Counted from the whole stretch's first letter, positions 1-12,085 are shown. The stretch: 62,503 bases of DNA, filler included, from Choristocarpus tenellus KU-1152 (GCA_964200185.2; 10 parts of 10 records of this genome joined end to end with filler, not necessarily neighbours in it), one strand, 5' to 3'. The notes: a model not told the origin generated them from the sequence alone. Numbers and translations are program-made.

Positions 1-582
1 CAAACTGTTTCCCCTCTCTGTGAAATTTGCCCTCAACATGGGTTCCATAGGACCCACTTCGACTGGTACGCCCCCAGCCGGAGGCCGTGTGCTGGGCATA
101 GCGCGGCTTGGACGACGGTATGATCTCCGTCGCCGACTCTTTCAGACTGAACCATGAGATTGCCAACGTTTCTTGACAACTCCGCTACCGACGCCATAAG
201 CTGTCTGAATTCTTCGACAGATAGACCCTCGGAAGGAACAGGTTACCGCAATTCTTTAATCGCATCTCCTCGTGTAGATGAAATGATGGGTGAAAACCTA
301 AGGTCACAATATATTGTGTTAAAGTATCCCCAAAATCATCAAAGAGGGTAAAGGTGATAAACTCGGCGAGAATGCTTGGTGTCTGTAGAGTGATTGATTA
401 AATTTAGGTGGGGTATACAAGTCCCCATAAAATCAGAAATATTTCCTTTTATTTGAGAAAGATTCTCCTTCAACTAATCACTAGTAAAAGGTTCTGATAA
501 CTCAACCACTAATTGATTCTTCCGTTACTCTGTAACTGTCCGCGTAACTGTACGATAGAGTTGGAAGAGTCTAATCGAACAA

Positions 583-752
583 CAGGTGGTGTGTACACGG
601 TTGGAAACGCAAATAAATAGAGGGCATCGAATCTGAAAATATTGGTATTGCCACTGCTGACAGGTGGTGTGTACACGGTTGTAAAGGTAATAAATAGAGG
701 GCATCGAATATGAAAATATTGGTATTACCGCTGCTACCAGGTGGTGTATACA
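583..752. repeat. Tandem repeat, ~78-bp unit, about 2.2 copies
   Basis: CAGGTGGTGT(G/A)TACAC starts at 583, 661 and 738; the AATAAATAGAGGGCATCGAAT..GAAAATATTGGTATT body is duplicated. Confidence 0.85.
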
Positions 753-2761
753 CAATTATAAAGTTAGCAAATACAACCACTTGAGTACACCATCATGTCA
801 GCCACATGCTAATACATGCTACATGAACGGACGAAAGCCGTAACATCGGCCAAAGGCACTAAATCATGATGGTGTGTTTGCGATATTGGTCATTCAGAGA
901 CGCTCAAGTGTAGGCTGCACGAAGGGTGAACGTTTCTTGTATGGAGATCCACCTTCTGGTTCCCTCTGGAGGCATGGCGACGTTCGGAGATTGGACTAAG
1001 CTTCTCAGTTGATCTTGGGATGTCTGCATTTGGTGGGCACTTTCAAAATGGGACAGGAGAAACAAACAGAAGGAGAGAGAGAAAATGTTTTGCGCATCGA
1101 GTCAGGCCCAGAGAGGATGGCATGTCGCGGTCGATTCACATCATCCTCCTGCCGTACACACCTGATTACCTTGCACGAAGTGGAAGTCTTGTCGTCTTTT
1201 TACCTTCCGACACGCCCGGTATTCAGCATCACGTACAGTGCGCAGGGATAGTCATAGACGAGCCCGATTCTCATGGAAGGGATACACACCTATCCTCTCT
1301 TGACCGGGAACGTATGATCCTTTTAAGCTATTCTTTTTTCGGTTGTATAACAACTGCACAATAATCAATACAAGAACAACGTCCTTTATGGAATGTTGCA
1401 CCCCTATTAAATAGTAAATATATTGTGGTTATGAACAGGCTAGTTGGGGTGTTCCTTTTCCTCGGGAATAAAAGATGATATATAATAGGGGGAATTTGCC
1501 CTTTTCACGTATGTTTAGAATTTTCTCTGTATGTCTACGACGGCGTTGAACTAGAACAAATACAGACATTAAAATGTATATATGTATGTAACTCTTCATG
1601 TGCTATTTCTTCATTAGTGCGAGAGGGTCAAAACTTTGAGTTTGCATCTTTTTTTTTCATATATTTGCAGTTTTGTAGAATTATATTATAGTGCGTAACG
1701 AAAAAACTTTCGCCAAACCACATATGCGACAAACCTCATATTCCCTCACTCGGTTGACAACAAATCAATGGACCTGAACAATATAGAGGAATCGTTGTAG
1801 CAGTTCTTCGAGAGGACCACACCCATCACACCGCAGATGTATGATGACGACCCGCCAGCCACTAGGGGATCACGCTAACAACGGGAATGAACTCGTGGAC
1901 TCCGGAGGGGTAGACCCCGGGACATCCCAAAGGCAAGGCCAGGCCTCCGTCGCAGCAAGACACACTCCAATGTAGCCTGTGCGTTCTGCAATTACCTGAA
2001 GGAGGGATTAGCACTTTTTAAGACTAGGCATAGCTAAGCATATGGTCGCCATATCCTTCCGAAATCACACATTTGCATCGAAATCAGAGAGACGTGGTGT
2101 TCACCAGTTCCACCGTAGTTCCGAACCAGTGATGTACACGTCTTCTCATCAAGAGCAGAACGAAACCTAACAACGAAGTTCGTGTCCTCCGATATCCGCG
2201 TTCCGATATGTATCGGAATCAAACGATGTTCCTTCCAGTTTTTGTTTCCGATCCCAACCCTAACCCTGTGCCCCAACCCTAACACCGTCCCTCACCCTTA
2301 CACAATAATGAAATTATGCCAGGTCATGTTTCGCTCTTTCTTCATCTGCTCGCCTCATGTCATTTTTGCCATACTTTACCATTCGACACAGTATGGCAAC
2401 TTTTTTCAAGCCACACGCCTCAAGTAATTTTCACCATTCTTTACCGTACAACAAAGTATAGCAAAAGTTGCGGCTGTCCACATACCAACCTCTTTGAAGC
2501 CGCATGCCTCCAAACCATCGTCCTCGACTTTCCACAAAACTCAATCACGATCTCATATCCCCTATAGAGAAAGGGGCGCATACGATGGCATGTGCATGTG
2601 GGGATATGTGTTGAACAACATCACATGAAACGTTCAGTACCCCTTCACCACAAAACCCATCATACACATTAGTTTGACAGAACACGTCAATTGTAGTACA
2701 TACATACGCCAATAGTGTCTGGGGCGACACCCACCATGCATTTGTCAACTGTTTCCCAATA

Positions 2762-3041
2762 CAGTACCTACCCCGATTTTATACCAAATATTATGTACCA
2801 ATCCCATTTTGTACCACTTTTTTCGACATACTCAAAAAAATAGGCTTTGTACCGAATTCTCGTATTCGGGCAACTTGGTACAAAATCGGGGAGATTTTCA
2901 CGCGATTTTAGCGCGCGCGTAAAAATTTCTCGCGAAAAGTGCCTTTCTTCCTGAGTCATGACCACACAGCAGTACTGTACGTTGCTGGTAGGGGAATAAA
3001 GTGGAAGCCAGGCCTTGTGCCGCGGGAAACCTCTGCAAGAT
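2762..3041 (+). mobile_element. End of a DNA transposon/MITE (Tc1/mariner-pogo-like, TA|CAGTACCTAC terminus)
   Basis: ~280 bp matches 25436-25718 in reverse complement; both copies end at the same CAGTACCTAC terminus next to a TA dinucleotide. Confidence 0.6.
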
Positions 3042-3141
3042 NNNNNNNNNNNNNNNNNNNNNNNNNNNNNNNNNNNNNNNNNNNNTTAATTAATTAANNN
3101 NNNNNNNNNNNNNNNNNNNNNNNNNNNNNNNNNNNNNNNNN
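3042..3141. other. Artificial contig linker (N44-TTAATTAATTAA-N44, stops in six frames); same linker at 6390-6489, 11369-11468, 14607-14706, 20706-20805, 25314-25413, 33854-33953, 40370-40469, 53064-53163
   Basis: The same 100-nt N-flanked TTAATTAATTAA spacer recurs nine times. Confidence 0.97.
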
Positions 3142-4782
3142 TTGTGCGGTGTGTCCCACAAGACAGGGTGGATCGTTGTGACCTCCTCCTCTTTGGTCTT
3201 CCGATTTCCCATCATTGTTGCAACTTCCAACTTGCACAAGGATCTCGTGCATTCTCTGTTGTATTTTTCAATTCATCATACTATTCTTCCACCACTTTCG
3301 TGTATGCATACATCTATCTGTCTTGACGTCATCCATGATGTCATTCGATCTTTGAGGCAACTTCTATTCACCATTCACGATACGTATCTTACAACAGAAC
3401 CTCCAAGTCTAGAATCGAACCATCATACGATATTCTTGTACCATCGCATCGGTATCGTATCAATGGGTCCACTTCCAATCATAATCAAACATCTCAAAAA
3501 TGGAGTGATTAGGGGGCGTTCAACACCGATGACGTGAGTGCACTCGCTCAGGAATATAGTAAACATAAACGTGACCATCTTCATCCCCCCTCCACCAGAC
3601 AACAACAACAACGATAACTAACACCAACCTTCATTTCAGGAGAGCTGCTTCTATCTGACGAGGGACTCATGTGAGATATGGATTTGGGGTTGGGGGTGAA
3701 GTTGGAAGTTGGCGTGAGATGTTTATCGAACGCACATGGGAAAGTGTGGATTTAGTTGATTTTTTGGAGAATTGACCCAAAAACGACTCAATAAAACAAT
3801 TAGGAACCACCAGGTACTGTCATGGAGAATATGTCTTGATGGCTATTTCATAAACGCCATGTGATGACCTTGAAGTCCTGGATATTACATGTTTTTTGTA
3901 CTTACCCATTATTTTTTATTATTGTATCATGTTTGTGCTGCACAGAGGTGATACGTCTGAGATAATAAAGTGAACATGGGACTGGTGTTAGCTATTGGTG
4001 ATCACTCCCCACTCTGATTCGTCTTGTCGGAGGATATTTTTTTAACAATTGTACGCTGTCATTTATGGTTGCATGTTCATTGGTGAGTGTGTACATCACT
4101 CGAGTTCTGAAAGGTGTTAGTAGTATGTAGTATTGAATAGAACTCGAATGAATTTTCTCAAGGCAAATCGAGGCAGCAATGTTATTACCGAGAACTTTTA
4201 CCCGCGTCCTTGGTGTTGGGTTGGGATATTATTACTAATATAGAAATGTTAACATTACGTTCACCTGAGGGATCCCATACCCGTTGTCAAAAAGGGAGTC
4301 CAAAGAAGGCAACACAAACTTGTTAGGAAAGGCATTAATGCCCAAGAAAAAATAAGAGAAATATAGCAAGGCAAGGAAAGAAGGGGAAATGAAGAACGGA
4401 AACAGCAGAATAAAAACACTATTTATCAGGGCTTCTCACCTTATCAGCAAAATAAAATAGTCCCATCCATCGAACGAACCAGTCCCAACACTATTTGACA
4501 TGTCCCCTTTCACTTCCTCTAGGTATTGAACCGGTTCATATCAATGTCCGGACCAGTCCCACAGTTTGTTAACGTGTCCTGGTCCATGTCCACCAACTTA
4601 CCAGTCTAGGTTTTATACTTTGGGCGTCCTCCGTACTATGCCCGATCATGACTTCAATATTTTCTTGCATGTCTGGACATTGTCCACTACGTGGTTCATT
4701 ATGGAAATATCACTATATGTTGTACTTATCAGTAGTAGAAATTTAAAGTTAGGATACGATATTCAAGACTGGAAAAATACGA

Positions 4783-5040
4783 AATAGGAGGCATGGTCAT
4801 GATGTGGCCGGTCTGAAATAAAAAATAATCGAAGAATTATCTGACAGGTCATAGATAAAATGTTCTAAGATGGTCAAGTCCATGGCCATCGCTTACTCAA
4901 CATGACCAGGGCCACTGACCGGACATGCACAACCAAGTTCGACTATGACCAAGTCCATGGCCATTGACCGTTTCAACATGGCTGGGCCACGTACAGGCCC
5001 GCAGTCATATGGCTGATAGTAGACATGCTACCTGCCCGGC
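4783..5040 (-). repeat. Dispersed repeat family C (internal GGCCATGGACT motifs)
   Basis: Reverse complement resembles 11030-11310 (e.g. CCATGGCCATTGACCGTTTCAACATGG, AAATAGGAGGCATGG). Confidence 0.7.
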
Positions 5041-5229
5041 CCGATGAAAATCCATGCTATTGATCACCCAACCTTAAGAAAGGAACGATGAACGAAGGAT
5101 GCAAGAGAAATTAGCTCAAAAAGAAAACATGGTGAGAAAACAGCATTCAGCAGACAGTGATGGCGATGGTGTTGGTGGCTTGGGCAACCTTAGCTGTTGC
5201 TTTAGCATGATGTGCATTAGCATATCAAA

Positions 5230-6320
5230 GCCCCCTTGGAATACTTCTGTCTTGAAGCTCGTTGTGCTGTCAGTTACTCATTCATATCACTTCTGTTGGT
5301 TCGTGAAAGGTATGCTCCAACCCTCAGCTGCAATCCCAAATTTGTGAACGCCATCTTGGAGGCATATCCACCAGTTCTTCTCCTATCCTCCTTGCTTCCG
5401 TTTTCCTTCCACAAGATCCCACATATACAGACCACCCAGCAAATGGGAGTCTCTTCTTGCATATCGCTGCGCCTTGATACTCTCAAGCTTAGTTTTAATA
5501 TGAGAGCACCTTTATAGGACAAGGCATGATCAACTCGCTCCCTTTTGAAAAATTCAATGCTGTGGAAAGGAATTTGTAGTGGCCAGAAAAGCGGAGATCC
5601 AGATAATGAACCTGGCAGAGTACTCGTCATATAACCATATAATATAACTTCAAGCAATCCAACATTGAGCATTCGCATCTTGAGCTCAAGTGACACATGT
5701 AAGGTCCTATCATAAAGAACTTGGATGCATTTGCCAAACCAACTCCAAGCTCTCTGGATCCTCCAACTAATCTCAGCAGTGATAGCGATGTTGTCACTGA
5801 CGGTTTCCCCAAGGTAAACAGGCTTGTCAGTCTGCTTGTAGCTCCAATTCAAACCGAATGATCTGCCCATCTTAACAAGCACCGTTATTGTCCTGGCCAA
5901 CCCTCCTTGGGTCTTGGAGACAATGTCTGCATCATCAGCAAAAACGTAAGGCCCACAAGAGCTGCTCAAGTGTTGTCTTATTCCCTTGTGGTTCTCCTCT
6001 GATCTGGTTGTTTGTGGTCACTCTCTTGACGGGAACAAGATCCTTGGAGATGGTCTGGTCATGGTCTGCTGCACATGGCACTACAGTGAAGAGGATGATT
6101 GTTGAGGAGGATGGAGCAAGAACACACCCCTGCTGAAGGCCCTGTTAAACCTCGGACCAGTCTGTGTACCCACCATCCTCCATGCGGACACATGCGCTCA
6201 TATCATAATTGAATTGGTGGATGAGGGAAATCATCTTGGAGGGTATGGAAGATTTGGGCAGTGCAACCCACAGGACATACAACCAATGGAGTCATATGCT
6301 CTTCTGGGATTTATGAAATT
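5230..6320 (-). pseudogene. Decayed non-LTR (LINE, RTE-like) reverse transcriptase fragment
   Basis: Minus-strand motifs AYDS, KMISLIHQF..MSACVRMEDG, QGLQQGCVLAP, VFADDADIVS (YADD box), YLGETVS..I.AEI..RIQRAW, with stops and frameshifts. Confidence 0.88.
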
Positions 6321-6513
6321 ATAATAAAAAAGAGGTAGGAACACAGTGAGTCAACCTCTTGGAGGGCATGTAATATCAGTGAATATAATNNNNNNNNNNN
6401 NNNNNNNNNNNNNNNNNNNNNNNNNNNNNNNNNTTAATTAATTAANNNNNNNNNNNNNNNNNNNNNNNNNNNNNNNNNNNNNNNNNNNNCCCCCCCCAGA
6501 TACTTTGGGTCAG

Positions 6514-7732
6514 AACTTGCATCCAAACATGAGTTCTTGGAGGCTTTCCGACCACCTAACCTCATCCACTGCCTGATTGAATTATTTTCCAAAGGTCAGC
6601 TGCTTGAGCTTACCTGGCCACGCTACTCCATCTACAAGCTGGTTGAACTCCCACCCAAAAGAAAGCTGTTGAAGCCCACAAGGCCACTTCGCTCGGTCAA
6701 CTGCTTGATTGAATCCATCGCCGAACATCAGCACCTGCAGCCCCGTTGGCCACTGTACCTTATCCACAGTCTGATTGAACTCATGGCCAAAGGTCTGCTG
6801 CTGGAGCTCAGCGGGCTACACTACTCCATTTACTGGCGGGTTGAACCTCCATCCAAAAGCAAGCTATCGAAGCCCAGAAGGTCACTTCACTCTATCAACT
6901 CCTTCATTGAAACAATGGCCCAATCTCAACACCTGCAGCCCCGTTGGCCACTGTGTCTCATCCACTGCCTGATTGAATTATTTTCCAAAGTTCAGCTGCT
7001 TGAGTTCAATGGGCCACGCTATTCCATTTACTGGCCGGTTGAACTCCAATCCAAAAGTGAGCGCTGTTGAAGCTCAGAAGGGCACTTCACTCCGTCAACT
7101 GGTTGCCTGAATCTGAAGCCGAACACCAGCACCTGCAACCACGTTGACCACTGTACCTCATCCACTGCCTGATTGAATTATTTTCCAAAGGACAACCTCA
7201 TGAGCTCACCTGGCCAAGCTACTCCATTTACTGGCTGGTTGAACTCTGATTCAAAACCAAGCTGTTGAAGCCCAGAGGGCCACTGCACTCTGTCAACTGC
7301 TTGATTGAAAGCATCTTTGAATGTTAACACCTGCAGCCCCATCGGCCACTGTACCTCTTTAACTGCCTGATTGAAATCATCACCAAATGTTAACTGTTGG
7401 AGTCGTGACAGCCACAATATGCAATCTAGCGACCCGTTGAATTGGTCGCCAAAGGTCAGCTGTCGGATATCAGTGGGCAAATGACTAACAGAGACAGTCT
7501 GCCTTGCCTTGATTTTAAAGGCCAGTTTCCTGGGATCCCACTTCAATCCATGGACACGAAGAGCAGGAATACGTGATGCTCGATTTCTCTTGCTCTCAAA
7601 CAGTATTTCGAAACTTGCCAGGATTTCAGGGGGTGCCTCCAACGTGACCTCCACATGAAACCCTACCCCGTTATGACACTCAATCAAAAGTCTAAACTGA
7701 TCAACTGAAGGTGATTGATATGCTTGGCACAA
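6514..7732 (-). pseudogene. FNIP-repeat (22-aa LRR-like) protein pseudogene
   Basis: About 14 repeats of FNQ(P/A)V..V.WP..L..L.FG; in-frame stops and a 2-nt frameshift near 7062; the 3' end abuts a family B MITE. Confidence 0.9.
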
Positions 7733-8603
7733 ACAAAGCCAGAACTAGCCACGAGGCCTAGCACGATATGGCACTTTTCTCTCGGCATGCCTCGTGTAAG
7801 TTATGGGACAAGACTGGGTGGTGGGTTCCTTTTTGGGTGGATGGGTTTCACATTGGATGGATGTTATGGTAGATGTTTTTGAGGGAGTATTCTAACTACC
7901 TTCACATCTCTCAATAATATGAAATAATGTCAATAGTGTATGTGTTAAGCATTCTGATCCATGGATGGATTCATACATAGATGGGTTGATGCCTTGATGG
8001 TTTGATTACTAGATTGATTCAATGGTTGGTAGAGGGATTGATATTTTCGATGTATGCATGGATGAAGTAAGATATATTAAGATACACTTTTGTTAGAAGT
8101 GATACTCCAAAGAAAGAAAAAACAATTGGGTCATCTTGTGTAAGAGCAAGGTATCTCCACCATACTCCAACTCTTAGTCAGTGAGGGTATACAAAAGAGA
8201 GTAGAAACAAAAATAGGACGTCGATGTAAAACAGGTGGAAACCAACAAAGAGGTTCTTCACATTGAAGGTGGATGGGAAACCTCACAGGAGGAATAGAAG
8301 GGGCAGAGACAAGGAAAGAGGGCAAATAAGCCTCAGAAGGTTAATCGGGAAAGAAGTGGGAAGTGAAGTGAATGAGGGGGGTTCGTTTGGTCCATTCATC
8401 GACCCAATAGTCGTATTATCAGGAAGCAATGCTATTGTTATCCGGGGAAACAGAACTCTGAGGTCTAAACCTTCTAAAGGAATGGCACTCTAAAGGTGTA
8501 TCTTGGCAGGAAGGTGATTATCACATATCTATGAGACAAAAAATGGTAGATATATCAGTCAAGACCGCAGACAGAGATAACAAAGCAATTAGCAGAATGA
8601 AAA

Positions 8604-8860
8604 GAGCGAAAGTATCTTGGAGGGTACGAGTTTTTCCTTGTTTGTCCATTTGGGACTTGGCTTCTCATGGGTTTTCGTATGACATTTACCAACTCTAAAA
8701 TGTTTAGGAATGGGTAAAATGTATACGTTATGAAAACGTGTGTCCGGAACATGGATATTGACACTTCCTAACAAATACGATAGCCAAAATTACATCAAAA
8801 TCGCAAAATTGTATTTTGGCCCCCAAATGGACGGCTCCACCCTCTAAGATACTTTGGCTC
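8604..8860 (-). mobile_element. MITE family A (GAG...CTC termini, TIR core AAAGTATCTTAGAGGGTA), TSD AAAA
   Basis: TIRs, 4-bp TSD and similarity to the other copies; partial copy at ~8965-9069. Confidence 0.85.
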
Positions 8861-9944
8861 AAAACCACAAAGTAAGGATCAGCTCTAGCACCACGGACCA
8901 CAATTGACTCAAGAAGAGGGGCACATTGTATCCATATTATGAACTTCAGAGTATCTAGCTTATGCATTCACTTCCTAATAAACACGACAGCCAAAATTAC
9001 ATCAAAATCGGAACATTGGATTTTGTCCCACAAACAGACGTGGCTCTACCCTCTAAGATACCTTGACTCTCGTACATACTTTCTACAGACCCTTATCTAT
9101 TGTTGTCTATTCCTTCAAGGATCTTACCCAACTTTTTCGATCCCTCTCACATGTGTACCGTGTAAAACCAAGAATTTCCTGTCCGTCCATCGGTCTGTAT
9201 CTGTCGGTCTGTCTGTTCTGTCTGTATATTGCCAATGCCAGCTCTCTCGTATATACCGTACAATCCAAGTCATTCCTGTCCGTCCCAGCATCTGCCTCTC
9301 TCTGTACCTTTCCATTTCCATCTCTCGCCCTCATGTACAAGGTCGCCTGTGCACTCGGGCATACTTGTTCCAAAAACGAACAGGCTACTCTGGGAGGGAC
9401 TGGACTCCTCCCGTAGGGTTATGTGTCACAGAGGGGAAGAGAGGGAGAGCACGGTGTGCCTTCTTTCGTACTTGTGCTCAAGGGGATCTTGTGTTGAAGG
9501 GAAGGTATTGTGTTGATATCTGACCAACAGATGAACTATACCATTAACGATAATAGGACTTCAAACTTCAAACAACAACTTGCAAAGAGAAAATACAGCT
9601 CTATTGACCGGTGATGGAAGGTAGAGGCAAACAGACAAATGGATGCACTCGAATTCTTGGTCTTACATCGCACACACGTGAGAGATGAAAAAGAAGCTGC
9701 AGTTCCTGTCTCTCCATCCGCCTGTCTATCTGTCGGTACGTGGCAGCACCGGTTCTGTATTTTTGTTGAGGTATTTTGGTAAATTACATTAATATTACTC
9801 CTATTATTTCCCAAAGAGTTTCTTACCAATCTTCTAGGCCCCTTTGATGTACGTACCTTTTAAGATCAAGTAGTTCCTATCCGTCTATTCATCTGTACAT
9901 CCGTCCGTATGTGTGTTATGGTACCTACTCTCTCACAATCTACC

Positions 9945-10202
9945 GAGCCAAAGTATCTTAAAGGGTAGATCCGCGTCCATTTGGGAGCCACAATCCAATC
10001 TTACGATTATGATATAGTTTTGGCTATCGTGTTTGTTAGGAAGTCTCTATATCCTTGTTTTGGACACATCTTTTCATAACATACACATTTTACCTACTCG
10101 AAATATTTTAGAGTAAGAAAATGTCATTAAAATACGCATGGGAAGTCAAGCCCCAAATGGACAAACAGGGCAAAACTTGTACCCTCTAAGATACTTTCAC
10201 TC
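9945..10202 (+). mobile_element. MITE family A, TSD TACC
   Basis: TACC|GAGCCAAAGTATCTT...AAGATACTTTCACTC|TACC. Confidence 0.9.
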
Positions 10203-10227
10203 TACCGTATCAAATCAAGTAGTTCCT

Positions 10228-10487
10228 GAGCCAAAGTATCTTAGAGGGTATAGTCGCGTCCATTTACGGGACAAAATCCAATGTTGCAAGTTTGATGTAT
10301 TTTTGACTATCCTGTTTGTTAGGAAGTGTCAATATCCTTGTTACGGACGCACCTTTTCATGACGTATACTTTTTACCTACTCCGAAACATTTTGGAGTAG
10401 GAAAATGTCATACAAGTACTCCATGGGAAGCCAAGCCCCAAATGGACAAACAGGGCAAAACTCGTACCCTCTAAGATACTTTCACTC
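10228..10487 (+). mobile_element. MITE family A, TSD TCCT
   Basis: TCCT|GAGCCAAAGTATCTTAGAGGGTA...TACCCTCTAAGATACTTTCACTC|TCCT. Confidence 0.9.
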
Positions 10488-10587
10488 TCCTGTCCGTCCA
10501 TTCATGTGTCTGTCTCTGTACTGTGTAAGGCGGGCAGTTAGCATGTCCACTGTCAGCAGTATGGCTGCGGGTCAGCCCTTGGCCCAA

Positions 10588-10845
10588 GAGCCAAAGTATC
10601 TTAGAGGGTGGAGCAGCGTCCATTTGGGGGCCAAAATACAATGATGCGATTTTAATGTAATTTTGGCTACCATATTGTTAGGAAGTGTCAATATCCATGT
10701 TCCGGACACACGTTTTCATAATGTATACATTTTACCTATTCCTAAACATTTTGGAGTAGGTAAATGTCACACGAAAACCCATGAGAAGCCAAGTCCCAAA
10801 TGGGCAAACAAGGAAAAACTCGTACCCTCCAAGATGCTTTCACTC
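10588..10845 (+). mobile_element. MITE family A, TSD CCAA, nested in repeat family C
   Basis: CCAA|GAGCC...CACTC|CCAA; the joined flanks match the uninterrupted family C unit at ~11033-11110. Confidence 0.9.
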
Positions 10846-10849
10846 CCAA

Positions 10850-11311
10850 CCATGTTGAAACAATCGATGGCCATGGACTCAGTCATGTTCCAACTTTGTT
10901 GTACATGGCGGGCTGGTGACCCTAGTGATGTTGGGTACTGAAGACCATGGACTCGGCCATGTTAGAATATTTTTTATCTTTGGGTGGATAGTCACTATTT
11001 TTTCAGGGCCTTACGTCAGAACGAGCAGTTACCATGTCCACTATTGGCTATATTGCCGCGGGTTGGTCTGTGACTCGGCCATGTTGAAACGGTCAATGGC
11101 CATGGACTCGGTCATGTTCCAACTTGATTGGTTATATATGCCCGGTGGCAACCTCAGTCATTTTAAAGTGAGTGATGGCCATGGACTCAGCCCTGTTCGG
11201 ACTTGGTTGTAGCGATGGCCATGGACTTGCCCGTTTTAGCACATTTAATCTATGACAGGTCATTTTTTTTTTTCACTTGGTTCAGTAATGTCATGGCCAT
11301 GCCTCCTATTT
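10850..11311 (+). repeat. Repeat family C with internal duplication (two CCATGTTGAAAC...GGCCATGGACTC.GTCATGTTCCAACTT units)
   Basis: Direct repeats at ~10850 and ~11078; similar to 4783-5040. Confidence 0.75.
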
Positions 11312-12085
11312 ATATTTGACCCAAAGTATCTGGGGGGAGGGGGGGGGTCTACATCAGGGTGTCCATTTNNNNNNNNNNNNNNNNNNNNNNNNNNNNNNNN
11401 NNNNNNNNNNNNTTAATTAATTAANNNNNNNNNNNNNNNNNNNNNNNNNNNNNNNNNNNNNNNNNNNNGAGAAAGTGTCGATATGTGAATTAAAAAAAAC
11501 CAAACCTATCGACACTTTCTCCCAGTCAATTTTGGGTCAAGCCCATCCTCTATGAAAAGTTCCATCCTCAATTTTTGAAATCTGCTGTTACTGCTCTATT
11601 CCTACTAAAACCCTCAGTTTCTGTACCACCCACCCACTACATACATGATGAGACACCAGCTCAACGAGAAATTAAATACTACACTTATTAATTAGTACAA
11701 AACAAATAATCTGGAACAGGGTAAGTAACCTTGCAACAGCAAGTCAAGAATGAAGGGGAATCAAGGTGGTAGTAGTTAATGCCTGAAACAGACTACAACA
11801 AGCAGGTGGGCTCACCTTCTCTTTCTATGGAAACAACATGATGTGTAGGGTGAGAGGGAAGTGAGGTATTTGAAATTTCGTGATTGGATGTATGTGAGTT
11901 ATGCGAGATTACCTCATTTATATTTTAAACAAAAAAAAGTCGATCTTTGTTTACGTTGTGTCATAGAAGTATGTGGTCGAGAAAATATTATACATGAGAA
12001 AGCCAGTTTTCGCTCCATGTTGTTCCCAATTCCTTCCATTGATAGAGTTGACTTCCAGCAGATACAAGTTTTGACTTAGTTAAAG

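Noticed and set aside
583-752. CRISPR-like array (CAGGTGGTGTGTACAC repeats)
   Set aside because: The spacers are near-identical to each other, the context is eukaryotic and there are no cas genes; it is a plain tandem repeat.
3086-3097. Recurring TTAATTAATTAA palindrome as a biological motif
   Set aside because: It is always centred in 88 Ns, so it is an artificial six-frame-stop linker.
6537-7070. 177-aa plus-strand ORF
   Set aside because: Antisense shadow of the FNIP repeats.
6578-7180. Stop-codon reassignment or readthrough (repeated in-frame TAA in FNIP)
   Set aside because: The same array has TGA, TAG and a frameshift, while intact genes end normally at TAA (18696) and TAG (31645) with no internal stops.
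10138-10941. Similar short ORFs (MGSQAPNGQTGQN...) suggesting a peptide family
   Set aside because: They are readings of MITE family A copies.
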